Source: an uncultured Clostridia bacterium
Lineage (GTDB): Bacteria > Bacillota > Clostridia > Christensenellales > CAG-138
Assembly (NCBI GenBank): GCA_947168855.1
Contig: CAMVNO010000005.1
Span: 88,439-152,438 of the forward strand
Length of the DNA stretch: 64,000 nt
Reading direction: 5' to 3'
Shown here: piece by piece, positions 23,460 through 32,176 of the stretch
How positions within the stretch are numbered: the first letter of the stretch is position 1
Layout of the letters: the number at the start of each line of letters is the position of its first letter
Translations under genes and position numbers: made by a program
The notes under the pieces: generated by a model
What the model was told of the DNA's origin: nothing
Database searches by the model: none
The model's input: only the letters and a program-made list of their open reading frames with translations

Positions 23460-24410
23460 CTATTTCAGTTCGAGCTTTTTAAGCTGCTGCTTTGCAAGAT
23501 GCTCCCTTCTGCGCTGACCGCTGACGACGACATAGACCATCATGATGATCGTGATAACGTACGGGATCGCTTCGGTAAGGTCGGAACTGATGATTCCCTG
23601 CAGCTGCAAGCCCAGCGCGCTGAAAAAGCCGAACATCAGCGCGGCAAGATACACCTTGCCCGGATGCGCTGCTCCGAAGATAACGCAGGCGAACGCGATG
23701 TATCCGCGGGAATCGCTCATGCCCTCGACGAACGTACCGTTCAGTTTGCCAAGCGACAGGTGCGCGCCCGCAAGCCCGCAGAACACGCCGCACAGGATCG
23801 ACGCGACCCATTTCATCTTTTCGGGATCCTTGCCCGCAGTCCGCAGCGTTTCGGGCGATTCGCCGGAGGCGCGGATCCAAAAGCCCGTCGGCGTCCGGTA
23901 CACAAACAGCCACATCAGAATGACCAACACCCATGTAAGATACACAAACAGAGAATGTCCGCTGATCACATTGTCGAGGAACGGAATGTCCTTTATAAGA
24001 GGAATATGGATATTGTGCAGATACGCCGCGCCCCGAATACCGTCCGAGCCGAACAGTGAGCGGCTCAGATACGCCGTAATACCCATGGCAAAGGTGTTCA
24101 GTGCGCAGCCGATGATGAACTCGTCGGATCTCAGCTTCACGGTGAACAGCGCGAAGAACAGGCCGATCACGATGCCGAACACCATGGCGGCAAGGATACC
24201 GAGCGCAGCACTGGCAAGATAGTAGCTCACGGCAGCCGCAACGAACGCGCCCATCAGGATCATGCCGTCCATGCCGATGTTCATGATACCCGCATGCTCG
24301 GTCATGAGTCCGCCCAATGCGGCGAGCGCGACCGGTGTAGCGGTTCCAAGCATCTGACTGAGCGTACTGGAAGCGATCTTTGCAAAATTCGTCCATGTGA
24401 ACTCATTCAT
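23460..24410 (-). CDS. ABC transporter permease (BMP/nucleoside uptake family, YufQ/NupQ-like)
   Basis: Polytopic membrane protein. Start ATG 24410 overlaps the upstream permease by 8 nt. Confidence 0.88.
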   Translation of the reverse strand: MNEFTWTNFAKIASSTLSQMLGTATPVALAALGGLMTEHAGIMNIGMDGMILMGAFVAAAVSYYLASAALGILAAMVFGIVIGLFFALFTVKLRSDEFIIGCALNTFAMGITAYLSRSLFGSDGIRGAAYLHNIHIPLIKDIPFLDNVISGHSLFVYLTWVLVILMWLFVYRTPTGFWIRASGESPETLRTAGKDPEKMKWVASILCGVFCGLAGAHLSLGKLNGTFVEGMSDSRGYIAFACVIFGAAHPGKVYLAALMFGFFSALGLQLQGIISSDLTEAIPYVITIIMMVYVVVSGQRRREHLAKQQLKKLELK

Positions 24411-25488
24411 TTGCGGTGCCTCCTTCCCTGCGTGCAAGGACATCCCGTTCGGCAGCACGTTTCTCCCTTGCCTTCCGGATCGCTGCGCGGATGCCCTTTT
24501 CACCCGCCATGCAGAAAATCACGACCGTCTGAAGGATCCAGTAGATCTGGATCGGCACGCCGACGCTCTGCATGCCCATTGCACCGATCTTCAAAATCGC
24601 GAAGATCAGCGAGATGATGATTGTCGGCAGCGGCTGATACTGCGCGATCATCGCGACCATCAGTCCTTCAAAGTAATACTCGTTCGACACCGCTGTCGTT
24701 TTGAAGATCCGCTCCGCACCGTAAACGCGGAACATGCCGACGAGCCCGCACATCATGCCGGAAACGACCATCGCGGCGATTACGAGGCGGTCCGCCTTAA
24801 TCCCGGCAAAGCGGGCAAACCGCGGATTGTCGCCGGTCAGACGCATTTCGTAGCCCTTGGTCGTCTTTTGCAGGATGTACCAGACGAGGAACGTCAGCAC
24901 GGCGGAGATAATGATCGCTGTGGAAAGGTTTGAACTCCGGATCAGCGTCGTGAACCGGTATGCCTCGGGAACGATGATCCCTTCCGCATTGACGGAATTC
25001 TTCCACGGTCCCTTTGCAAAGTATACGCAGAGGAATACGGCGATCGAGTTCATCATGATCGTGGTGATGACCTCGTTGACTTTGAGCTTGACCTTTAAGA
25101 TGCCCGGAATGAACGCGTAGAACCCGCCGACCGCGACCGCGCCGAGGATGGCGCAGGGGATTGCGAGCCAAGGTGTGACGCCGTCCATCAATGTTCCGAT
25201 ACGCGATGCAACCAGCGCGCCCAAGAGCAGCTGTCCCTCACCGCCGACGTTGAAGATACCGGCACGGCTGCCGACGTCGCAGGCAAGTCCGCACAGGCAC
25301 AGCACCATCGCGTATTCAAGGGTATCGCCGATATGCCTCCAGCTTGAGAACACGCCGTCTATCAGCGCGCCGTACGCGCGGAGCGGACTGCGTCCGGTGA
25401 TCGCGATGATGCCTGCGCCGATCAGAAGCGCGACGGAGAGACTGATCACAAGCGCGATCAGATAACCGTAATCAAACCGTTTCTTCAT
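24403..25488 (-). CDS. ABC transporter permease (YufP/NupP-like)
   Basis: Polytopic membrane protein. 4-nt overlap with the ATPase gene. Confidence 0.88.
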   Translation of the reverse strand: MKKRFDYGYLIALVISLSVALLIGAGIIAITGRSPLRAYGALIDGVFSSWRHIGDTLEYAMVLCLCGLACDVGSRAGIFNVGGEGQLLLGALVASRIGTLMDGVTPWLAIPCAILGAVAVGGFYAFIPGILKVKLKVNEVITTIMMNSIAVFLCVYFAKGPWKNSVNAEGIIVPEAYRFTTLIRSSNLSTAIIISAVLTFLVWYILQKTTKGYEMRLTGDNPRFARFAGIKADRLVIAAMVVSGMMCGLVGMFRVYGAERIFKTTAVSNEYYFEGLMVAMIAQYQPLPTIIISLIFAILKIGAMGMQSVGVPIQIYWILQTVVIFCMAGEKGIRAAIRKAREKRAAERDVLARREGGTANE

Positions 25489-27014
25489 GCCTTCGCCCCC
25501 TCTCCGGTGCCGGTCATGTAGAGACCGATCTCCTCCTTGGTGATCTCATCCGCCTTGAACTCGCCGGTGATCTTTCCCTCATACAGCGTAATGATGCGGT
25601 CGGACAGGCGAAAGACCTCGTCAAGGTCCGCGGAGCTAAGGAGAATCGCCGCGCCCGCGTTGCGCTGCTCGATGATTCGCGTATGGAAGAATTCCATTGC
25701 GCCGATGTCCACGCCGCGCGTCGGCTGTGAGATGACCAGCACCGGCGTGTCGAAGCTGAACTCGCGCGCGACGACGACCTTCTGCATGTTGCCGCCGGAC
25801 ATCGAGCCGACCTCGGTGTGGATGCCGGCGCCGCGGATGTCGAATTTTTCATACAGCTCCTCGGCGTAGCGATCGACCGTCGAACGCCGCTGATGGAAGC
25901 CGAACAGATTGAAGCGTTTTTCCTTTTGTTTGCCGACGAGCAGGTTGTCCGAAACCGAAGCGACCTTGTCGACGCCGGTCGAAAGCCGGTCCTCCGGCAC
26001 GTGCGAAAGTCCCAAAGCGCGGATCTCGCCGGGCGTTTTGCCCGTCGCGTCGGTCCCGCAGACGGTCACGTGACCGCGGTTGATCTTCCGCATGCCGGTG
26101 ATCGCTTCCAAAAGCTCGCTCTGCCCGTTGCCCTCAATCGCCGCGATGCCCAATACCTCGCCCTTTCGGACGGAAAGCGACACGCCGCGTACCGCGGGCA
26201 GACCGCGATTGTCCGCAACGTAGAGGTCGTCGACCTCGATCGCGACGTCGCCCGGCGTTCCGGTCTTTTCGAGATGATCGAACAGCACGGGACGTCCCAC
26301 CATCATGGACGCAAGCTTCTTTTCATCCACGTCGCAGGTGTTTTCGACGCCGACGAGCTTGCCCTGCCGCATAACGCCGACGCGGTCGGAGATCGCCATG
26401 ACCTCATAAAGCTTGTGGGTGATGATGATGACCGTCATTTCCTTTTCGCGCACGATGCGGCGGATAACCTCGAAGAGCTCGTCCGTTTCCTGCGGCGTCA
26501 GCACCGCCGTCGGCTCGTCCAGAATCAGAATGTCCGCGCCGCGATACAGCGTTTTCAGGATCTCCACACGCTGCTGTAAGCCCACGGAGATGTCCCGCAC
26601 TTCGGCGGACGGATCGACCTCAAGCCCGTATTCCTTTACGAGCTCGCGCGTCAGCTTTTCGGCTTTTTTATTGTCGAACAGTACGCCGGCGTTTTTCGGT
26701 TCTCTGCCCAGAACGATGTTCTGCGCGACCGTGAACGACGGAACCAGCATGAAATGCTGATGCACCATGCCGATGCCGCGGTCGATCGCCGCCTTCGGAG
26801 AAAAGTCCGTGACCTTTTCGCCGCGTACATACAGATTTCCCGCCGTCGGCGTGTTGATGCCGTACAGGATGTTCATCAGCGTGGACTTGCCCGCGCCGTT
26901 TTCACCGACCAAAGCGAACACCTCGCCGTTTCGGATCGAAAGCGAGATGTCGTCGTTCGCGAGCACGCCCGGAAACTCCATGGAAATGTGTTCAAATCGG
27001 ATCTCGTCCGTCAA
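25485..27014 (-). CDS. ABC transporter ATP-binding protein with duplicated ATPase domains
   Basis: GENGAGKST Walker A, LSVGLQQRVEI and MSGGNMQKV signature-like motifs, ILILDEPT. I prefer TTG 27014, preceded by GGAGGAGGGG. Confidence 0.9.
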   Translation of the reverse strand: MTDEIRFEHISMEFPGVLANDDISLSIRNGEVFALVGENGAGKSTLMNILYGINTPTAGNLYVRGEKVTDFSPKAAIDRGIGMVHQHFMLVPSFTVAQNIVLGREPKNAGVLFDNKKAEKLTRELVKEYGLEVDPSAEVRDISVGLQQRVEILKTLYRGADILILDEPTAVLTPQETDELFEVIRRIVREKEMTVIIITHKLYEVMAISDRVGVMRQGKLVGVENTCDVDEKKLASMMVGRPVLFDHLEKTGTPGDVAIEVDDLYVADNRGLPAVRGVSLSVRKGEVLGIAAIEGNGQSELLEAITGMRKINRGHVTVCGTDATGKTPGEIRALGLSHVPEDRLSTGVDKVASVSDNLLVGKQKEKRFNLFGFHQRRSTVDRYAEELYEKFDIRGAGIHTEVGSMSGGNMQKVVVAREFSFDTPVLVISQPTRGVDIGAMEFFHTRIIEQRNAGAAILLSSADLDEVFRLSDRIITLYEGKITGEFKADEITKEEIGLYMTGTGEGAKA

Positions 27015-27126
27015 GTGATCCCCTCCTCCTTCATGCGTATCCACGCAAATTTTGCGGGGCGCTGAGGCCGCCGTCCGCAAAAAAGGCGGAAGCCGCCCGA
27101 ACGAGCAGCTTCCGCACACTGCATAT

Positions 27127-28113
27127 TTATCTTGTCGTATTGACCTTAATCTCGCCGGAAGCGATCTTTGCCGCCAGCTCATCGACCTTTGCCTTTATGT
27201 CGTCCGGGATTTGCTGCTTTGCGCCTGCTTCGCCGTAGCCGATTCCGATATAGCCGTTGGACATATCGGCGACCCAGGTCGTGCCGAGCTGAGACTTGTC
27301 GCCCGAAAGGAGTTTCTTGACCGCGTCATAGATCGACTTCCCGACTTCTTTCTGCATCGAGCAGATGATGACGTCGTCGTTGATGTATTTCTGGTCGGAG
27401 TCGACGCCGATCGCATAGAAGCCGCCCTCCTGCGCCGCCTCGAACACGCCGTCGCCCGCCTTGGAAGCGACCTGGAAGATTACGTCCGCGCCGCGATCGT
27501 GCAGAACATTTGCGCAATCCTTGCCCTTCGCCGGATCGTCCCAGCTGTTCGCGTAGTTGATCTCGACTTTGATCGACGGATCATAGTATTCCGCGCCTTG
27601 CTTGTATCCCACGATGAAATCATTGATCGTGATGTCGTCCGCGCCGCCGACCGCGCCGACCGTGCCGGTCTTGCTCATCGCAGCCGCGATGTAACCCGCA
27701 AGGAACGAGCCCTCGTTTTGCGCATAGGTGATGTTCAGCAGGTTTTTGATCGGCTCATAGGTCGCGTTGTCGATCCAGATAAAGTTGACGTCAGGATAAT
27801 CCGGCGCAACTTTTTCGATTTCTTCAAACTCGTAACCAACGCAAATGACGATGTTGGACTTGTCTGCCGCGTTCTTCATCTGCATCGTCCAGCCTTCGTT
27901 GTTGCATTCGATGTACTTGACTTCAACCTGGTCCGCAAAGTCCTTTGCAAGACGTTCGCCGCCCAGCTTGGACTGGTCATAGAACGAACGGTCGCCGAAC
28001 TGACCGGCAACGACGATCGTCACGACGGTCTTATCGGAATCGCCCTTCTTGCACGCGGCAAAGCAGCCGAGCGTCAGCACCAGCACCAACAGCAATGCGA
28101 TGATTTTTTTCAT
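27127..28113 (-). CDS. BMP-family ABC substrate-binding lipoprotein (purine nucleoside binding type)
   Basis: MKKIIALLLVLVLTLGCFAAC lipobox. Start ATG 28113 after AGGAGGA. Confidence 0.9.
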   Translation of the reverse strand: MKKIIALLLVLVLTLGCFAACKKGDSDKTVVTIVVAGQFGDRSFYDQSKLGGERLAKDFADQVEVKYIECNNEGWTMQMKNAADKSNIVICVGYEFEEIEKVAPDYPDVNFIWIDNATYEPIKNLLNITYAQNEGSFLAGYIAAAMSKTGTVGAVGGADDITINDFIVGYKQGAEYYDPSIKVEINYANSWDDPAKGKDCANVLHDRGADVIFQVASKAGDGVFEAAQEGGFYAIGVDSDQKYINDDVIICSMQKEVGKSIYDAVKKLLSGDKSQLGTTWVADMSNGYIGIGYGEAGAKQQIPDDIKAKVDELAAKIASGEIKVNTTR

Positions 28114-28261
28114 TTCTTTATCCTCCTGAGAATTGCCCTTTCCGGGTACGATATCAGTATAATACGAATCTTTCGCTTTTTCAACCCGCATTTTCTCGCA
28201 AAACGCACATGGACCGGGGAACGGCGGCGCATACTAAGCAAAACGAAAGGAGGTCCAGGCG

Positions 28262-28426
28262 ATGGAACGAAACGATCAGCAGATCGGCTGCGAAGTCGAA
28301 AGCTGCCGCTATAACGAGCAGGGAAAGCATTGCGCCCTCAGGAGCATCTGCGTCCGCCCTGCGTGGGGTTGCTCGTCCGAACGTGAGAACGAGAGCCTCT
28401 GCGGCTCCTACGAGCACCGGAACTGA
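28262..28426 (+). CDS. DUF1540-like small cysteine-rich protein (54 aa); not in the supplied ORF track
   Basis: SD AAAGGAGG 8 nt upstream. MERNDQQIGCEVESCRYNEQGKHCALRSICVRPAWGCSSERENESLCGSYEHRN. Followed by terminator 28436..28480. Confidence 0.7.
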   Translation: MERNDQQIGCEVESCRYNEQGKHCALRSICVRPAWGCSSERENESLCGSYEHRN

Positions 28427-28435
28427 AATACAAAA

Positions 28436-28480
28436 AGGAGTGTTCAGAAACCGTTTTGTGTTTCTGAACACCCTCTTTAT
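28436..28480 (+). terminator. Intrinsic terminator, second copy of the GTGTTCAGAAAC hairpin family
   Basis: GGAGTGTTCAGAAACcgttttgtGTTTCTGAACACCCTC followed by TTTAT. Confidence 0.6.
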
Positions 28481-28493
28481 CCCCTTTTGCCGA

Positions 28494-28865
28494 TTACTTG
28501 CCGAAGATCAGGTCCACGTTCTCCGTGTCCTCATGCAGCGTCAGCGTGCTGCCGTCGAACTGGAAATCGTACAGATCAACGCCGTGTGTGGAAAGCTTCA
28601 CAACGCTGCCGTCCAGCGCCCAGTTGAGCCCGTCGGTCGTTTCGCCCTCATACGTCATCGCCGCGGTTCCGTCCTCGTTAAACGTGAACGACATTGTAAA
28701 ACCGAGCTGACTTGCATCGACCTTGATGCCGCTCGCCTTTGCGCCCGTCAGATTCCATGTGCCGGGGATCTCAACCGGCTCGGACGGCTTCGAACTGCCT
28801 GCGCATGCCGCAAAGCAAACGGTCAGCAGAACAACTGCCAACAGCCATGCCATTGTTTTTTTCAT
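28494..28865 (-). CDS. Small lipocalin-like lipoprotein
   Basis: MKKTMAWLLAVVLLTVCFAAC lipobox. GTWNLTG...beta-rich body typical of lipocalin-like domains. Confidence 0.6.
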   Translation of the reverse strand: MKKTMAWLLAVVLLTVCFAACAGSSKPSEPVEIPGTWNLTGAKASGIKVDASQLGFTMSFTFNEDGTAAMTYEGETTDGLNWALDGSVVKLSTHGVDLYDFQFDGSTLTLHEDTENVDLIFGK

Positions 28866-28935
28866 GATCATACTCCTCCTTTAATAATGGATACAATTCA
28901 GTATACTGCATTTTTGTCCGTTTTTCAACCTGTTT

Positions 28936-29949
28936 TTATACGGATCTGTCTGCAAGACACACCGCAAACGCGGTCGGGATCGATTGGCTGCCGTCCGAGC
29001 GAATGAAATCCTTTACGCCCTCCCCCGCGACGTCCGCGGCATAGACGCGCATATGCCATTCGATATGCGTAAAAACGTGCTTCGCCGTATAGCGCATCAG
29101 ATCGCCCAAGGGGTGCAGACCGCGCGCCGTGAGCCATGCCGCTGCCTCCGCAGTCGAAAGCATGCCCGGCACGTTCGGAAGCTCGTAGAGCCCGCCGAGA
29201 AGTCCTTTGTCCGGGCGTTTCAGAAGCAGCGGCGCGCCCCATTCGTACAGCGCGAAGACCGTACGGTCCTCGATCGTGCGCGGTTTTTTCGGCACCTTGT
29301 TCGGCAGCAGCCCCGCCGTGCCCGCCGCGCGCGCTTTGCAGACGTCCTTCAGCGGACAATCGCCGCACAGCGGCTGTCCGTTCGGCACACAGACGGTCGC
29401 GCCGAGCTCCATGAAAGCCTGATTGAACATGCCCGGATCATTCGGCATGACGGCGGAAAGCGCGTCGAACACGCGCGTTTTCACCTTGGGATCGGCGACG
29501 TCGGACGGATCGTTTGTAAGCCTTGCGTACACGCGCAGCACGTTGCCGTCGACGGCGGGCACACGCTCGCCGTATGCGATCGAGGCGATCGCGCCCGCGG
29601 TATAGCTGCCGATGCCCGGCAGCGTCAGCAGCGTTTCATAGCGGTCCGGCATGCGTCCCGAGAACCGTTCGCATACGATCCCGGCGGCTTTTTTCAGATT
29701 CTTTGCGCGCGAATAATACCCGAGCCCCTGCCAAAGCAAAAGGAGCCGGTCGTCGGAGACCGCGGCAAGCGCCGAAACGTCCGGCAACTCTTTGAGAAAG
29801 CGCTCGTAGTACGGGATGACCGCCGCAACGCGCGTCTGCTGCAGCATGATTTCGCTTACCCAGATCGCGTACGGATCGCGCGTGTTCCGCCACGGCAGAT
29901 CGCGGTGATGCCCTGGATACCAGTTCATAAGAAGATCGACGTATTCCAT
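28936..29949 (-). CDS. mutY: A/G-specific adenine DNA glycosylase
   Basis: HhH-GPD (LPGIGSYTAGAIASIA), Fe-S cluster loop CxxxxxxCxxCxxxxxC, NUDIX-like C-terminus. Confidence 0.9.
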   Translation of the reverse strand: MEYVDLLMNWYPGHHRDLPWRNTRDPYAIWVSEIMLQQTRVAAVIPYYERFLKELPDVSALAAVSDDRLLLLWQGLGYYSRAKNLKKAAGIVCERFSGRMPDRYETLLTLPGIGSYTAGAIASIAYGERVPAVDGNVLRVYARLTNDPSDVADPKVKTRVFDALSAVMPNDPGMFNQAFMELGATVCVPNGQPLCGDCPLKDVCKARAAGTAGLLPNKVPKKPRTIEDRTVFALYEWGAPLLLKRPDKGLLGGLYELPNVPGMLSTAEAAAWLTARGLHPLGDLMRYTAKHVFTHIEWHMRVYAADVAGEGVKDFIRSDGSQSIPTAFAVCLADRSV

Positions 29950-30058
29950 GCAGAAAGTATATCATAGCGAAGCCGCTTTTGCAAAGGGTTCGTCCCTTGA
30001 CTTTGTCATGCGGAACGGATATACTCATTGTGCCGAAAGCAAATCGCGTCCCGCAAGG

Positions 30059-30210
30059 GGACATATCGCGGCAAAGCCAATTCATGACCGTCAGGTCAAT
30101 TCATTCGCCGCAGGCGAAACTCATATGGATGAATTGTGCTTCGCACATGAATTGCGGGCTTGCCGCATGAATTGATGCAGGCATCATGAATTGCGCTTCG
30201 CGCATGAAAC
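30059..30210. repeat. Inverted pair of mini-hairpin arrays (CAATTCAT x2, then ATGAATTG x4) preceded by CATATCGCGGCAAAGC
   Basis: Words at 30078 and 30097 (AATTCAT orientation) and at 30129, 30147, 30167, 30186 (ATGAATT orientation). Inserts: TGACCgtcaGGTCA, TCGCCgcaGGCGA, TGTGCttcGCACA, TGCGGgcttgCCGCA, TGATGCaGGCATCA, TGCGCttcGCGCA. Confidence 0.85.
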
Positions 30211-30238
30211 CAGAATCATCAAATCCGAGGTAACAACT

Positions 30239-30835
30239 ATGAACGAACAGGAAATCAGAGAACAGGTCAAAGAGGCGTTCGGCATCCTGATGAACGCGGC
30301 AAAGCCGGAAAAGGGCGCTCTCATCGTGCTCGGCTGCTCGACGAGCGAGATCTGCGGCAAACGCATCGGCTCGGGCTCGAGCGAGGAAGCGGCGAAGGCG
30401 GTGCTCGACGCGCTGCTGCCGCTCGTCAAAGAAGCGGGACTCGACCTTGCGGTGCAGGGATGCGAGCATATCAACCGCTCGCTGTGCTGTTCGCGCGCGA
30501 CGATGAAAAAATACGGGCTTCAGCAGGTCTGGGTAAAGCCGTGGCTGCATGCCGGCGGCGCCTGCGTGACCGGCGCGTACGAGCGCATTGAAGACGCAGT
30601 CATGGTCGAAAACCTGAACGGGCAGGCAACCCTCGGCATCGACATCGGCGACACGCTGATCGGCATGCATCTGCATTGCGTGGCGGTACCGGTGCACAGT
30701 CCTTTGCGCCGCATCGGCGAAGCGAACCTTGTGATGGCGTTCTCGCGTCCGAAGTATGTGGGCGGACCGAGAGCGCAATACGACAACGTGCCGGTAGGGA
30801 GCGACGCGCATACGCAGCGGAAAACAGCCGAGTGA
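30239..30835 (+). CDS. TIGR01440/UPF0340 family protein (YwlG-like)
   Basis: MNEQEIREQVKEAF...LIVLGCSTSEI...VQGCEHINR motifs as I recall for this family. Start moved to ATG 30239. Confidence 0.8.
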   Translation: MNEQEIREQVKEAFGILMNAAKPEKGALIVLGCSTSEICGKRIGSGSSEEAAKAVLDALLPLVKEAGLDLAVQGCEHINRSLCCSRATMKKYGLQQVWVKPWLHAGGACVTGAYERIEDAVMVENLNGQATLGIDIGDTLIGMHLHCVAVPVHSPLRRIGEANLVMAFSRPKYVGGPRAQYDNVPVGSDAHTQRKTAE

Positions 30836-30920
30836 TCCGGCACCGGATCGGATCCGATGATAAAAAGGGCTTCGCGCCCTTTTTTGTTGAAAAAAGTTTC
30901 GGAAGAATTGAAAAAAACCT

Positions 30921-30949
30921 TTGCTATTCAGCGCAGAATAGTTTATACT
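30921..30949 (+). promoter_or_regulatory. Sigma-70-like promoter TTGCTA-17 nt-TATACT
   Basis: Exact 17-nt spacer. Lies just after terminator AAAAAGGGCttcgcGCCCTTTTTT (30862..30886). Confidence 0.45.
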
Positions 30950-30955
30950 TGAGAG

Positions 30956-31208
30956 GATGTCCGAATTCGGGTCTGTGGTTGCAAGTCGATGCCAGTCGCA
31001 GGCGAAACGATCCACATAAGCGGGCCAAAGCGCCCGTGAGCATGGTGCGGCTTAGAAGTAAGTCCGGCCGGCGGTATTCCGCCGAGAGGGGCAGTAGTGG
31101 GGAGCAAGGCTTATGAGCGAACCCTCCTGCCGGCGAGTGTGGGGGCAAAGACCAGGTCAGCCGAAGACGGAGATCAAAAATATCCAATTCGCGAAGGGAA
31201 AAATCATC
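30956..31208 (+). promoter_or_regulatory. ~250-nt GC-rich structured 5' leader upstream of the zinc-ribbon gene (family not recognised)
   Basis: No SD-preceded ORF until ATG 31209. Many local helices (CCGAATTCGG, TGTGG...CCACA, GCGGGCcaaaGCGCCCG, GGCGGtattCCGCC, CCCTCC...GGGGG). Confidence 0.35.
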
Positions 31209-31487
31209 ATGTACGAAGACAGAACACTGGTTTGCAGAGACTGCGGCAAGGAATTCATTTTCAGCGCGGGCGAGCAGGAATTTTACGCAAAGAACGATTT
31301 TAAAAACGACCCCGTCCGCTGCCCGGAATGCCGGAGAGCACGTAAGAACGCCGCGCGCAATCAGAGCCGTGAGATGTTCGACGCCGTCTGCGCCTCCTGC
31401 GGCAAGCCGACCAAGGTGCCGTTCCAGCCGAGAAACGACAAGCCGATCTATTGCTCGGAGTGCTTTGCAGCACGCCGCGGCAGATAA
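31209..31487 (+). CDS. Small zinc-ribbon protein (three CxxC pairs)
   Basis: MYEDRTLVCRDCGKEF...RCPECRR...CASCGK...YCSECF. Bidirectional terminator at 31504..31533. Confidence 0.7.
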   Translation: MYEDRTLVCRDCGKEFIFSAGEQEFYAKNDFKNDPVRCPECRRARKNAARNQSREMFDAVCASCGKPTKVPFQPRNDKPIYCSECFAARRGR

Positions 31488-31503
31488 GAGCGAAACCCGA
31501 CAC

Positions 31504-31533
31504 AAAAGCGGACAGCTTCGGCTGTCCGCTTTT
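31504..31533. terminator. Bidirectional intrinsic terminator
   Basis: AAAAGCGGACAGCttcgGCTGTCCGCTTTT between convergent genes. Confidence 0.7.
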
Positions 31534-31561
31534 ATCGGTTTTCAAAGAATGTTCGTTCGGT

Positions 31562-31975
31562 TCAGCGTCTGGACAGATAGGCAATGCCGCCGGTCGCCGC
31601 AACGATCGCCACTGCGATCAGCGTAATAATCAGGGCAAGCGCAAACACGCACCAATAGGACCGCGCGTAATTGCGGCGGTTGATATTGCTGTCGCTGAAA
31701 GAGAAAACGATCAGGCAAATGAAGCCGACAATCGGAATTGCGAACAGCAGGGTATATCCGAAATATGCCCATGCGCCCAACGGACGGAATCGCTCCGGAA
31801 GATCGCTCTCCGTGATCTGTCTGTGCTGGATGACGATCGGCTGCGTCGCCGGAACCGTCCGATCCTGTTTTTCCTGTGACGCGGATTGACCCGCGCCTTG
31901 ATCGTTTTTTGCTCCGCAGTAGGGGCAAAACACGACGCCATCATCGACTTTCTTTCCGCAATTGGAACAAAACAC
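31562..31975 (-). CDS. Zinc-ribbon domain membrane protein
   Basis: MFCSNCGKKVDDGVVFCPYCGAK N-terminus plus hydrophobic helices. Confidence 0.7.
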   Translation of the reverse strand: MFCSNCGKKVDDGVVFCPYCGAKNDQGAGQSASQEKQDRTVPATQPIVIQHRQITESDLPERFRPLGAWAYFGYTLLFAIPIVGFICLIVFSFSDSNINRRNYARSYWCVFALALIITLIAVAIVAATGGIAYLSRR

Positions 31976-32176
31976 GCTTTTCCCTCCCTTGATTCAGTCG
32001 CAGCTGTTCTGCTGAAATTATACAAAAAAACCGCGAATCCTGTCAATACCGGATCCGAAACCGGCGAATAAAGCGCAGCAGCGACCGAATTACTTTTCCT
32101 CTCCGGGCGACACCGTTTGCACGTTTTCAACGTCTTTATCAGTGAACGGCCGTGAAAAACCCAAGGAGTAACCCTT

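Noticed and set aside
30956-31208. RNase P RNA or SRP RNA
   Set aside because: Some short stretches resemble fragments of these RNAs. However, the universal GGAAAGUCCGG-type (RNase P) and GGAAGCAGC-type (SRP domain IV) motifs are absent, the length is too short for RNase P, and the RNA is contiguous with a downstream coding region.
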